Positions 13,226 to 26,798 are shown, counted from the stretch's first letter. The stretch: DNA of 64,000 nt from Lama glama (GCA_028534125.1 CM052832.1:5270001-5334000), one strand, 5' to 3'. A program made the numbers and translations. Notes: generated from the letters alone by a model not told the origin.

Positions 13226-13589
13226 AAAAATTATTTAAAAATCAAAGGATTAAGGAGAACCTCTTAAGAAAATCATGGCTAAAGTTGCCGGGAAAAAGGT
13301 AAAGTTGCCAGAAACAGGAGGTAGGTGGGCATGGGGATGAGAAAGGGGGCACTTAGGACCCATGTGATGGAGGGATGGTGGTACCATTCTCTGAGAGGGG
13401 ATTTAGAAAGGAGATCAGATTTGAAATGATCATAAGGCCGTTCTTGGACCAATGAAGTCTGAATTTCCTTTGATACATAAGCAGATACATTATACAGGTT
13501 ATGGTTATACGTCTTTAAAAGTAAAATGACTTTGATTTTGACATATATCATCATTTTATATAGGAAAAGACTTGCTTGCTACCATGGTG

Positions 13590-13748
13590 ATTCCATTAAC
13601 AACATTGTGTCCATGTTAATTTCCTGCCTCTGATAATTGAGATATGGTAATGTAAGATGTGAACATTAGGGTGAGCTAAGAGTATGAGGGAAATCTCTGT
13701 ATTATTTTTGCGATATTATTTCAATGCCTAAAACTAAAAATTAAAAGC
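13590..13748 (+). mobile_element. L1MC/MD 3' end fragment
   Basis: ATGTTAATTTCCTG..ATGTAAGATGTGAACATTAGGG..GGGAAATCTCTGTATTATTTTTGC. Confidence 0.7.
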
Positions 13749-16700
13749 AAAATATAAAAGACTGTATATGCATAGAGAAGGTGGTGAACAGTTCTAATCC
13801 TGAGCATTCAACGTGCAGATGTACAGTAAGAAAAAAGTTTTAAAGCCTTTATTAGGGAAGATAGACAGCAATTAGGCTCCATTGAATACTTCTGTTATAA
13901 TAGGAGCTCAATAAATGTTAAACAAATGAACAAATGGATGAGTGAAAGAGTGGTGAGAGAACATGCAAAATGACACAAAATAAGAGATGTCATCCAGGGT
14001 ACTTTGAGATAGTCAGTGGTCTTTGAACAAAATCAAGAGATAAAACACGATCTGGCACCATAGTAGTGACTCAAAAATTTTTGATAAATGAATGAACATA
14101 AAGGAGAATTCCTTTATTACATAAAACAGATAAAAAGTAGAAAGGTTAATGCTTATGTAGGCATTAAATGGAAGCATAGAATGAGAGAGAAGAGCATCAC
14201 CTCCCTTGCCTTCCTTTTTGGCCTGAAGCACCTCTGTTTAATGTTTGGGATCAGGAGAAACTGATCAGTAATCATCTGGAGTCATCAGGCAGTGGCCAAA
14301 GAGCAATGAGCAGTTTTAGAGAAGTGGTTTGACGTATTAGATGTTAATTGAATGTTAAATGAATGGATAATCTACATTAACATGTTAATATTTCATCTGC
14401 CTAGATATGATCTAATAATTGGACAATAATAAATAATCACAGAATAACAAGTCATTAATAAAATCTGGATCCAGTTGGGTCAGGCCTTGGGGTACACAGT
14501 TCAGTTTGTCAGTTTGGCTTTATCATACATGACAGACTGGACCCGAATGATATTAAATGTTGACATACTGTATCAGTTTGAAATATTTTTTCTCCTTCTG
14601 TATCACCAATGTTATATTTGTAGTTTACGTTAGAAACAAGATAAAAACTTAAAAACCATAAATATTTTAAGATTTAAAACTCAGTTATGGAGGCTGAGGA
14701 GCTATTCTCTCTGTACACTTGTATCCTCCCCAGCACTTTTGATGCATTTCAGTGCAGTCACACTGTCACCAGGACTCTGACCCGCTCAGGCACCTGATTT
14801 TCATAATGCCAGCTCCACGAAGATGGTGACTCAGCCTGAAATGGCCTGATTGCTGAATAAGTCTGTGCATTTCAAATGAAGTTTCTTTTTTCAGCCAGAT
14901 AGTACAGTTTTTTTTTTCAAATTGTCTTTTAAGGCAGTCTCTTATCATCTTGCCTCATTGACTATAACCATGTAACATCACTTCCAGTTTTTCTTTCTTT
15001 TTTTTTTTTTAATGAACTGAGGTTACAGGAATTCTGAGAATAGAAGGAAACAAGTCATCATTCTTGTATATGGAGCAGAAACCTCAACTATTAATGAATG
15101 TGCCCTAGGCATTTATTTAATAAAACCATTTATCCAACATTATGGAGCTTGAATCAGTATTCTTGACTCAAAATATTAATTTTCGTAACAGTGTGAATAT
15201 ATTTGCAGTCTAAGTTCTTGCTAACTTGCCTGTAATTATTTTAAATATTTCAATGTGTTGATTTTAATTTATACCCTAAGAATGGTTAGTTAATCCTTGA
15301 TATTCCCTAGCTTAGAATATAAATCTCAGGTAGAGTGTTATTGCTATTCAGAGTTCAGAATTTCCAATTTTATCTCCAATCAATGCCATTGGGCTTGTTA
15401 ATTAACATACTGTATGGAGAAATTGGTTGGTTGGCTAAAAATATAGTACATATTCTCAATCTTGCATAAATAAAACGTCAGAGTCTTGTGATCCTAGTAG
15501 TAGCCTGTATACTTTGAAATGGCTCGGGACCCTGACTGGTCCTACGTTCAGCAGCCTACAGAGGATTCTGTTACCTGACTGAATCCTGACACCGGGGCAT
15601 CCTGCTTTGGCTTTACTACATCTTTCACACAAAACGATTGTCCTAGTGCCTAGAAGGACAGATCATTGAGATTGCGCTGAGTTTGCAGAAAAGGCTGTGA
15701 GACTGTTTTTGCACCAGTTTACACAAAAACCCTGTATACACACCAGAATTTGTGACTTGCTCTCAGTGTCGTAGGGAACGTGATATTGGAACATCTACAT
15801 ACCTCTTATCACTGAAGGCTGTCCCTGTACTGAAAGTAACTTAATAATATAAACAACCAGACTGAGTTTTGTAAGTTTGCAACACCAAAGACCCTATCTT
15901 GATATATGGTGAATGAAAAATACATAAGTTATATAAAATACCTAAGGTTTAATGTAAAATGCAATTTCAAAAGTAAAGGAAAGCCACGATTTTTAAACAG
16001 AGGGGGTCATTTAAGTGCTATGCTGTGCTGAGACCTCTGCTTGTTGCCTTCACCTGTTTGAATGTATCTGTCTTCAATGTGAAGATACACAAGCTCAGGC
16101 TGAAACCAAAGAGAGCAAGCTCTGGCTCCCCTAAGAGGGGTGGCATCCACAGCAATTTTCTGCCTAAAGTTACGTGTGTAAAGTCAACATTTTCTAGAGC
16201 AAGAAGGGGTGCTTATTTGCCAAGAAAGAGAGATCTCTTTAAAAAAAAAAAACCTTCAAAATTCTTTGCTGCCTCTGTACCTGTGCCAGATCTTAGAGAA
16301 AGGATAACTGTTTCAGTTCAGCCCAGGCACCTGAAATCATCAAGAAAAATATTCTGACCACATTGCGAGTCCCTCCTGACAGCTACTTTTTTCTCAGAAA
16401 ATTGCTCTGCTTATCAGGAGTGAAGTGATGACTCATAGCTGCTCTTCAGTTTTTCCTTGCCCACCCTGGCCCGTTCTGACCACAATTCATTGAACTACCT
16501 GGCAGTTTCCCTACTCATTTAAATACCTGGCAGTTTCCCTTAAAGCATTGCTTTTGGGAAATGGGAGAAATGCGTCTTGTTAGAAAAGAATTTTTCTTAC
16601 AAGCTAATGGAGGATGGCTGTTTTTGAAAAGATAAAAATGCCAAGGGCTTATAAAAAATAGTCCAGGAAATCTATCCCATAATAATAGGCGTGGCCACAT

Positions 16701-17659
16701 ATTCCTGTTTTGGGCCTGGAACATTATAATTGAAGAAGAATATAAATGATAGAGATTTTTCCCTTGCCAGGAATATTTGGGGGGCTATTAATTCTACAGC
16801 AAAATTTTTTCTCAAGTAGGACATTTCATATTTTCTGTTACCGCATTTAAAAAATTCATGATGAGTGCTAATTATTACGTCAGTTGCCTATCCAGCCCAC
16901 GTTGACTTCACCAGAAATTTCAAGATAGACTTGGAGTATGAATTTAAATGACAAAGCTCTCACACAATGTTTTTTTTTAATGTGTGCATGTTTGCATTTG
17001 AGAAATGAAGACATTTTACTGGGCATTAAACATTTAACACATATGATTTTTTATTGCAACGTAAAGTGCTGTTTTTGCTATGATTAGACATAGGAGTTTT
17101 ATTAGAGTTGTATTATTGCATTTTAGCAGGAATTTGCTTTCCATATTAACTCTATAGAGTTAACATAAAATACATGGTTAATCCATAAAGGGTCTCAATA
17201 ATGTACTTACCTCCTCCTACTGCTTTAAAAACATGTGATGCTGGGCTGTTTCTCTCGATGTGGCTGTCGTAGGCACGGCAGATGTTTTCCTGTCTTTCCT
17301 CATTACAAAAACTACAGCAGTTCATCTTATTTTTAGACTAGACACATCTGTCTCCCTTCATTTTCTGTTTTTTCCTTTTTCCAGGAGTATTAGCTAGAAA
17401 TCCATGATCACTGTGTAAATACGTTTTGTGACTATGTAGCTGAGAACAGGAAGCTGGCTGTCCAGCTCACAGAGCTCACGCTTCATTCTCCCATCTCTGT
17501 TGTGGTGAAGACTGAAGCAAGAAAATGATTCCTTACATAAATTGCTACTTAATAGAATAGATTTGTCCCTGGAAATCCAGAGCCGTGTATTCCCCTGCTG
17601 TCTCAGTGTCTCCGTTTGCATATTTCACAGAACCTTCCAGCCTGACATTGTCGTCACTG

Positions 17660-18350
17660 TCATCTAAGCAAGATTTTCAAAGGAGAAATCTTGGAATTGT
17701 CCCTGATCCCTCCTTTTCCTGTGTTATCCATTTGCACGTCACTCATTTCAGGTGATTTGCACCCTATTTTTCACACCATTGCATGTTTATTGCTACCAAC
17801 TCAGTCCAGGTCTTTAACACCCCTTTATCTCCATACTGCAAGTCTTCTGACTGGTCTCTGTGCCCAACGTTTGCCTCCCAGCTACCAAGCCACTCTTCAC
17901 ATTTTAACCAGAGCGGTCTTTCCAAGGTGGACCTATATCAATCCTGAGGTCAGCAAACGTTCCCTCTGAGGGGTCAGGTGATAACTGCCTTGGGCTGTGC
18001 AGGCTGGAAGGGCTTTCTGTGTTGCAGCAGGAAAGCAGCCAGGACAGTATGTAAATGAGTAAGGACGGCTGCATTCCTTAAACGCATCGCTGGCTTTCCA
18101 ATTACCTTAGGATGACAGTCGTCATTTGTAACATGGTCCTTTATTATCTGAACCTAATTTTCTCCCTATCTGTCCCTGGGACCTCCTCATTTTCTTGTAA
18201 GTCTTTGAAACACCAAGAATTGTCACTCTTCAGGGTCACAACGTGTACTTACTTGGAAGCGCTTTTCTCCTCTGTTCAATTCGATAAATGCTACCCAGTG
18301 TTCCTCTTACTTCTTATAGGGGGCCTTCTCTTTTGCCCAGACCAATTTAC
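17660..18350 (+). mobile_element. L2 LINE fragment interrupted by a MER58A fragment (~17945-18080)
   Basis: AGTCCAGG..ACTGCAA..CTGACTGGTCTC..CCAGAGCGGTCTTTC matches L2. GAGGTCAGCAAAC..GAAAGCAGCCA.GACA.TATGTAAATGA matches MER58A. Confidence 0.65.
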
Positions 18351-18399
18351 GTTCCTCTTACTCGTGCATTCCTTTCTGTGGAATTATGATGGGATCCAC

Positions 18400-18832
18400 A
18401 AAGAGACAGTGGACTTCTCTGAAGTCCAAAATAGAATAACCGAGTCCTTGCACCCCTTGACCAGCCTCTCCACATTTCCCCCCACCCCAGCCCCTGACGA
18501 CTGCTATCCCACCCTCTGCTTCTATGAGGCTGACTGTGTTGGAGTCCATATCCTAAGCAAGACCACACTGTAGCTGTCTTTCTGTGTCTTGCTTATTTCA
18601 CTTAGCATCGTGTCTTCCACATTCATCCACGTTGTTGCAAATGACAGGACTTTCTTCTTTTTTAAGAGTATAGTACTGTATATATATACATGTTTTACAC
18701 ATATATATATGCCACATTTTCTTTAATCATTCATCTGTTGACAGACAGATAACCTCATCAAAACGTCAAGGTATACGCCTTAAATATATATTATTCTTAT
18801 TTGTCAATTATAGCTCATAAAGCTAGAAAAAA
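18400..18832 (+). mobile_element. L1MA-type 3' end with inverted 5' part
   Basis: 18400-18748 is antisense L1 3' sequence (CTTATTTCACTTAGCAT..TTGTTGCAAATGACAGGA). 18750-18832 is the sense terminus (ATCAAAAC..TTTGTCAATTATA..AAAGCT-A tail). Confidence 0.75.
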
Positions 18833-20009
18833 ATGTGTGTATATTATATGTGTGTAAATTATATTAAATGTGGTATATGGATTCGTTTTAATATACTTTA
18901 GTATAATATAGAATGAGGTATCAAGCAAACATTTGCTGAATAACATGACAACCAGAAAACCATTGTTTTGATTATGTGTCGTATTGTAACTTTTCTGTCA
19001 AGTCTAATAAACCCCCACTTTCTTTTTATGGAAAAAAAGTCAATATTAACCTTTAGGACTGAGAATGCTAAATTTTTCTATCTTTTTAAACATCATCTTT
19101 CTCATATATCTTCTAGTAAAGGAGACATTAGTGATGGGGATGAATGAATGCAAAAATTAGTGAATCTGACTCACAAAAGGAAGTTAAGCAAACTTTAACA
19201 AGCCAGGAAGTTTACCTCTTTAGCTCTCTGCTTTTGGGAGAGCTTTCCAGCATAATTGGGAAAGCAATTAAATCAGAAAAAGTAATCTTAATGTAGCCGC
19301 AGATACCACTTTCGTAACTGAACTTCTAAGGGGATTAAAACTGGGATTTTTTTCCACTACAATTTTGTGGAATGCAAAACAAAACATGTTTCATCTAATT
19401 TTTAGAATATCCCACTCATGAATTAAAAAATGTCTCTCATCTGAGAAAAAAGATTTCTCCTACTTGGGCAATGAGCAAAAATAAGTACATGAGGGTGTTT
19501 AGTGCTGTATATTCGTTATATACTTATGTTGATTGTGTGATTGCAATTTACTTTTGGGGGGAAGATTATTAAGCAAATTAGTTGGCAAAACTTTCTCTGA
19601 AAATTTAGTACTGTCCTGAAAATGGGTTTCTAAAGAAAATAGATTTACTTAGTAATCTCATTTTTAAATGCAAGACCATTTCCTGCTTAGAATTGTTATC
19701 ACTAACTTGAATGTCTTTAATAGAGTTTTGAAAGTCCACAAAATCAATCAAATGGTATGTTTATTTTGGGGGGGAAGGGATGTAGAAAACAATTAATGTA
19801 ATAGAAATAGAAAGTTGTCTTGACAGACTCTGCAAGTAGACTGAAAAAAAATCATTCTTTCTATCTCACTTATGAAAAGAACCATTTTTACTCAGGGCTT
19901 GTGACAGAATAGTTTAAAATAAAACAAAAACTGTATACAGTTACCCCATCCAAACAAGGTGAAGATTCTGGGATGCCTTTCCTGACAACGAGTCCATTAA
20001 GACTTTCTT

Positions 20010-20275
20010 AATATGCCCTCCTTCCTCCAGCGATGCAGATAGGAGCGGGGGCTCAGACATGAGACTACCATGGGGGTGAGGGCTCCGTGCTAAGGATGAT
20101 GGAGCAGAAAGACAGAAGGAATGTAGGACACTGAGGATTCTGTGGAGCTGCTGTTCTAGTCCTGGTCTGCCTATCTATGAACCTTATGTTCACACATAAA
20201 AAGAAATCCACATTTGGCTGAGATATTCTGAATAGACTTTAATTCATGCATTAAGCCACCAGTCCTATCTGATAA
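20010..20275 (+). mobile_element. MaLR LTR fragment (MLT1J-like)
   Basis: GCTAAGGATGATGGAGCAGAAAGACAGAAGGAA..GGAGCTGCTG..CCTGGTCTGCCTA. Confidence 0.7.
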
Positions 20276-21295
20276 AATCATCAGATACAAATATTTTATA
20301 TCATAACAAATTTTTAAATGGTAGACAGTGACATCTCTTAGACAGTACAGGTCTCAAATACACCCTTGCAGAGTGATTGGTTACAAAAACTGTGAATAAT
20401 TTATTTGTACATAAACAGAATGGTTGTCTGTGCATTATTTTATAGAACACTTTCTACAGTACAGTGCTAAAAGTTCTAGAAGTGTATGTGTATGTGAATA
20501 TTCGAGTTAATGAGAAAACTTAGTAACTATACTTGAGTTAACTATAAATATTAGTCTGAAAAGATCTGTCTCAAATATGACCATACATGCCTGATTGTCG
20601 TTGTTTTACAAATAACATAGATTGAACTGTTGTTTCAGGGAGCCAGATTTATTATAAGATAGTCAGCAAAACCCTTCCCATCCACAAAGCCCCAGATTCT
20701 CACATGGCGTTTCTTCTGCTTTTCATGTTTAGAGGCGCACAGTGGTATAGAATAAATTTTCCAGTGAATAAATTGTTGTGTAATGTTACATAAAATGTCA
20801 GTGCCTCCTGGTAGATGCCTGAGGCGTATTTACAACAGAATCAAAAAGATGAAGGAGCATTCTGATGAGGCTTTTTAAATTGATTCACGGCTGACTTCTC
20901 TTCCATCCTTTTTCTCAAAACAGCATCTTCAGTTAACTCTTTGGTCTATCTAAATGCACAGCTAGCCAACCATCTGGATCTCAACTGCTCTGGGAGTCTG
21001 TTCTGTCATTAATGATGTAAATACTTGAGTGGTCATGTTTGGGGGATTTCAGCCAGAGGCCAGGGCAGCTAAGGGCACGAAGCCAGACAGACTAGATAAC
21101 CAAATGATTTTGTGTAGTTTCCGTGTATCAGACAGGTAGATACGAATAGGTTCTATTTGTATGCATGAAATTTCTCTTGCGTTATTTTAAACACTAAATA
21201 GCCACCTTTGTTAAATGGTAGAAGGTTTGCCAATAAAAGTCTGTGTTCCAGTGAATAAGCTAAAAGCTAAACATTTATAGGAAGGCAGAGTAAGA

Positions 21296-21666
21296 AGTTA
21301 CGGCCAAGATGGTGGGGTAGAAAGCCCCGGAGCTCACCTTCTCCCTCCTCATGGGCACACCAAAATTACAACCACGTTCAGAGAAACTGTCAGTGGGAAT
21401 GACCTGAAGACTAGCGAAAATATTTTCCACAACTAAAGATATTCAGAAGGAACCACAGTGAGACAGGTAGGAGGGGCAGAGACATGGTATAGTCAAGGGC
21501 TGGCCACAGCCTTGGGGAGGTGAACCACAAAGGGGTTCTCCCCAAGGAGCGAGGGGTCCGACCCAACGTCAGGATCTCCGTCATGGGGGTCCTACACCAG
21601 GAAGAAGAACCTACGGAGTGTATGGCTTTGAGGTCTTGCAGGGAAAAAAAAAAATCAAGAAAAAAA
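21296..21666 (+). mobile_element. L1 5' UTR fragment followed by A-rich tail
   Basis: GGCCAAGATGG (YY1-like) start. Clearly homologous to 43615-43770 (GGGCACACCAAAATT..ACCTGAAGACTAGC..AAATATTTTCCA), which is itself joined to L1 ORF1. Confidence 0.75.
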
Positions 21667-23894
21667 TTCTAAATTGATTTTTTTAAAATAACACAAAATA
21701 TGGCACCATACGATCATAAGACGGTAGAAACAGTCCAAATACAGCAATAGTAATAATAAATATAAATCTACCATACGTTCCAGGTAGGAAATATTTTTCA
21801 GTTGGATTTTTAATATGAATCCTCCTCCCACCAGCACCCAAGGATTGTGGGATAATATATAGAGGCACCTTGGAGTAAATGGAAGGTGATAGAAAGTGGG
21901 AATGTAATCAGACATTGAGTAGCTCATAGTCTATTAGAGAACTCTACAAACCAATAGACTCAACTTTTTAGCTTCTGGCTTCCTTAATCATTAAAGAATA
22001 GAATATTCTCACCATCCTTTCTGACATTTTTCTCTTACATGAAAGAAGCTCCCACCCTCCCTTACGTTAGATCATCTTAGCAAAATTTGCTGCCAAAAGA
22101 CGTACCAGGAGGTTTTCAGCAACTGTCAGCCAGCTTTGGTGCATGTCTATTGAATAAAACCCCAAGTGCAATCATCTAGTGTAGAGAGTAAGGAAAAGCC
22201 AATATCGTGGAAAGGTGAATATTTATGACGTCATATTTGTGATGGTGATGACAGCCACACACTGGGGGCCAGCAAAACAGTGGGAGAAAATTTAATAAGT
22301 GGCACCACAAAATTCAGAAGGCTGACACCGTCCTTTGAGAAACAAAATATGCAGCTATTTTCCTGAACGATAAAATTCGTGAGAAGAGAGCGGTAGCACT
22401 GATTTTAAGTGCCTTCACTTTAACAGTCACACTCCATGTAACTAAAATATTTTATTGAGTACTTGTAGGCAGGAGAAAATTCAAATTTATGTTGAATAAA
22501 AATGCTATGTGACATTTTTAACTTTTCAAAGTATATTAAAATCCAAATTATAAAGCATAAAATGCCCAATAAAAGTTGAGGCGTTATTGCTAGCTCTGTG
22601 AAACCGAGAAGGAGATGTTCTATTTCTCTGGAGGTTGTAAGTTCAGTGCTAGTTTCTAAACTGTGCGGAAGCAGGTTTTGGGGATCAAAATCATTCTTAG
22701 GACTGTTTGTGACTGCAAGCAACTGTAATAATGATATTATTCTTTGACCTCCTGGCATCTCAGTGTAGGAGATGAGGTAGAGATGCCCCGAGGACCAGAG
22801 CAGAGCCCTCTCTGGGCCCGGGAGAGAAGGCTATTCTGTGGAGTACAGTGACCCTGAACTCACTCACCATGAATTTCCAATCTGTTAATTTGCTGTGAGG
22901 AAAATGCTTCTGAGTTAGATTAATGGACATTTTTCTATCAAGAATTCGGAACAGATGGCCATGCTGTGAAACTGCTTATACTCAGCCCCACAGGCACAGG
23001 TTAGACTTGTTGAAACAACCAGGCTGATGAAGGTGTGAGGAACGTTATGTATAATTCAACTGTTTGAAGACCAAAGAGCTTCAGTTCCAAGACAGAGTTG
23101 ATATTTCCCAACTAGTGGTGCATGGTATATAAGATGTGTTATGCTAAGTACTGTGTCAGGTTATATAATATACATTATGGCGCATTAAACGGGGTCAGAA
23201 GGACAATACTTGTACCAAACACTGGTTTAAATAAAGTTAGACTGTTTACTTGCAGGACAAACGTTAGCTGTCACAGTTGGCTCTGTGCCTCATGAGAAAA
23301 AGTGTGTCAATAGACCTCAACAATTAGTAAGCTCAGAACCTTTTTGATCCTTTAGCTGATCGTCCACAAATAATCATTTGGAAAACACTGATTCAAATGG
23401 ATAAAGAAAAGAACTATTTCCCCCTCTACATCAGAGCAATCCTAAATAGCAAAATTGTGAAGTTAAGTGTGAGAGCTGGACTGATCTCATAAATCACCAC
23501 ATTTCTTATTTGGAAAATAAAGAAATGGAGGGAAGGAGAGGTGAACTGACTTAAAGATGTCACACTTGACGTAGTTTGTCTGCGTGTCTTCACAGAGCAG
23601 AGCTTAGTAAACAAGAACTTGAAAAATACTGAAATGCTAATACTATGAAAAATAACGTTTTGCTACTATGAATTAAATGTGAATATTGGAATAAGTTATT
23701 ACCATCTATTCAATAGACAATATATATATAGCTTTATTGCAGTATGTTGACTAAGTGATATTACTTAATTTTATTAGAGTGTTTTTTTTAAGAGCTAGGT
23801 ATAAAGAAAAAAATCATTTATTATGATGTCTAACAGTGATTTCCAGGTTCACTGAAATATTGTAAAAGTATGACCTAGCACAAGTGAGAAATAT

Positions 23895-23898
<4 letters not shown>

Positions 23899-23927
<29 letters not shown>
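23899..23927. repeat. (AC)n microsatellite
   Basis: About 14 perfect units. Confidence 0.95.
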
Positions 23928-23928
<1 letters not shown>

Positions 23929-24799
23929 TTTGTTCCCAGTGGCTAATACAACAATCTATGTTGTATATATTAAATATAGATACAAATACTGAGCAAATAA
24001 TGGATTTCCCTTTGTTTGCTATGTGTAAAATTGGTGCATTATGTAAAAATCATCACTATTCAATAATATATAAAATTAAAATCAACAAATAATATAAAAA
24101 AAACTATTTTGTATTTTGTGCTCCTGACAACAGAAGTGAATAAACTCTTTATATTTGGGAAAAAAAATAATATCAATCAGTGAATATGATAGACAGGATG
24201 GATTATAGGTAATTATTTTCATGGATTTCAGCTTTTATAGAGTAAACATATAATTTGTAGCTCTTTATCATAATTAATTATTTTAAGTATTTTAAAAGTA
24301 CTTCAACATTAAAATTTTGTGAAATAAAAGTAGTGTGTCAAAAAAGATTAAAAGCTAATAGTGGCTCATGGCTTCATTCATTCATTCAGTGAATATTTAT
24401 TGAGCACATATTGTGTGTCAGGTAAATTCTGGACCTTATACTACCAATCAGGTAAGAGAGATCTGCTATATTGTTTCTTTTTTTTAAGTAAACAAATAAG
24501 TGCATTTTTACTGTGAATGCCTTTCATCCGACTTCAGGCTTCAGTCACTGTTTGCCCCACACGGACCGTATGTGCTAACAGAAGCTTCTGTTCTTGAGTA
24601 TTGAAGGTTGAATTATCAAAATGAAAAATCTAGAGTGAGACAAATTTTTAACAGGCATAAAAGGTGGTTAAATGTGGACTAGATTCATCCTCTAGCCAGT
24701 TGTAGGGGAGACAGATCTGGCAGGGCATCTCAGGTGCTGTGAAAGTTGAGGTAACCTATAGGCTCAGTCTTCTGAAGAGCAGTCACAAAGGTTCCTGAA

Positions 24800-24844
24800 A
24801 AAGAAGTTAAGGCTCAAAAGAAGTTAAGTGACTTGTTTCAGGGT

Positions 24845-24878
<34 letters not shown>

Positions 24879-24930
24879 GTGATGGAAGACCTGGAAGTTG
24901 AAGCCAGGTGTTTAAACCACTGGTTCAGTG
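24800..24930 (-). mobile_element. MIR fragment containing a (GT)n microsatellite at 24847-24876
   Basis: AGGCTCA..AAGTTAAGTGACTTG..(GT)15..GTAAGTGATGG..TTGAAGCCAGG. Confidence 0.7.
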
Positions 24931-25944
24931 TTAAGAAGTGGCATTAGTAGAAAGTACTGAGGAACATGGCTTCATAACAATACATGAGTGTTTAAGAGAT
25001 CTTACTTACAATGTCAGTGTTTATGTAAGTAACATAGCTGAAGAACCCTGAAGCTATTTTCTTTGTAAGAGATTTAAACTGACCTTTTATAGCCATGTTT
25101 GCACTGATAATTTTGCTCTATAAACACCCTTTCTTCGTAGACTTTAAAGCTGAAAAAATCAGGGCACTCTCTGCATTATTTTAGACTTAATGGAATTTTT
25201 CCTCTACAGAGAGAGATAACATATTCCTTTTTCCCCCTATATTTAAGTGCTACAGGGAAAATAAAAGTTAAAAAAAAAACCAACTTTGCCCTTCATTTTA
25301 CTCTTCTGGCAGGGACATAGCGGCAGAGCAGATGTCAAGACTCATATCAGCATTTTAGGAAGAACATTTGTTAGTCAGTTGCTAACTGTGGGGAGCAATG
25401 GCAGGGCTTGGAATTTGGCAAAAGCAAGGTTTAGATTTCTGCAGTGCATTTCCCCAGACAGACTTGAGTCAGGAGATGTGAGGCTTGTTACAGGGCAGAA
25501 AAGCTGGTGAATCCATCCCAAGTGATACCAGTCGTGCTGTTTCATGACTTACAAAGAGGTTAACATAACTGTGACATTTACCATGAAAGTAGTTTAAGGT
25601 CTGTTGTTCAGTGGGACAAGCAGATCACAAAACACGATGTTCATTTTATGAGTTCATTTTAATTACTTACATATGTATACTTATGGGAATATTTATTCCC
25701 CTAGAGAAAACAATGTATTTCCAGAGAGAAAGGTAAAGATGCAAAAGTTAACCGTGGTGTCCACGGAGTATGGTGGAAATAGAGTGGATATGACTTCTGT
25801 TTCCTTCTTTTTACCTATCAGCTGCTTCTGAGTTTCTTTGCAACCAGCACTTGCTCCATATGAGATATTTTACATTATTGTTTAAGTTACTGATGAGCCA
25901 CATTATGTACAGCAGAACATGCAGCCTGACGTAACGTTTTTGTA

Positions 25945-26730
25945 GTCAGCATCCCAGAGGAGGGAAAGAGAATGGGGGCTGAAAATGTACTAGAAAAAAT
26001 AAGAGCTGTGGCTGAGTAACATTCCACTGTATATCTTGCTACTTGAAATAACATGGGTAGACCTGGAGGGTATTATGCTAAGTGAAGTAAGTCAGGCAGA
26101 GAAAGAGACATACTGTATGATTTCACTTATATGTGGAATCTAAAAAACAAAACAAATGAACAAACAACAAAACAAAAACAGACTCACAGACACAGAGAAC
26201 AAACTGATGGTTGCCAGAGGGGAGCAGGGTAGGGGTATGAATGAAACAGGTGAAGGGGAGTAAGAGATACAGGTTTCCAGCTATAAAATAAGTAAGTCAT
26301 CAGGATGTAATATACACATAGAAAATACAGTCAATAATATTGTAGCAGCTTTGTATGGTGATGGATGGTATTTTTGTCTTATTTTGGTGGTTATTTCATA
26401 ATGTATAAAAATATCAAATCACTGAGTTGTACATCTGAAACTAATATAATATCGTATGTTAATTATAAGTCAAAAAAGAAAATAAGACCTAAAACCTTGC
26501 CAAATTTGGCAAAATAAATAAACCTAGAGATTCAGGAAGCTAAGTGAACCCAAACAGAGTAAATTCAAAGAAATCCATACCAAACCACATCCTCATCACA
26601 CTTGTAACTAATGGCAAAGAAAATAATCTTAAAATCAGCAGGAGGGAAAAGACATCTTGCCTCTATGCAGAAGAAGCAGTTTGAGTGACAACAGATTTCT
26701 CATCAGAAACCATGGATGGAGTCTAGAAAT
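25945..26730 (+). mobile_element. Old L1 ORF1 remnant with a nested younger L1 3' end (26008-26478)
   Basis: Host sequence: AACCT.GAGATTCAGGAAGCT..AAAGAAATCCATACC..CAGATTTCTCATCAGAAACCATGGA. Insert: GACCTGGAGGGTATTATGCTAAGTGAA..CTGAAACTAATATAATA. TSD AAAATAAGA(G/C)CT. Confidence 0.85.
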
Positions 26731-26798
26731 TACCCTGCCCACCTATTAGGATAAAACTGTCAATATTTGATAAATAGGTCCTCAATATCTAAATTCTT

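Noticed and set aside
17205-17320. Minus-strand donor GAG|GTAAGT with a ~35-codon open frame
   Set aside because: No acceptable acceptor or start, and no recognisable peptide.
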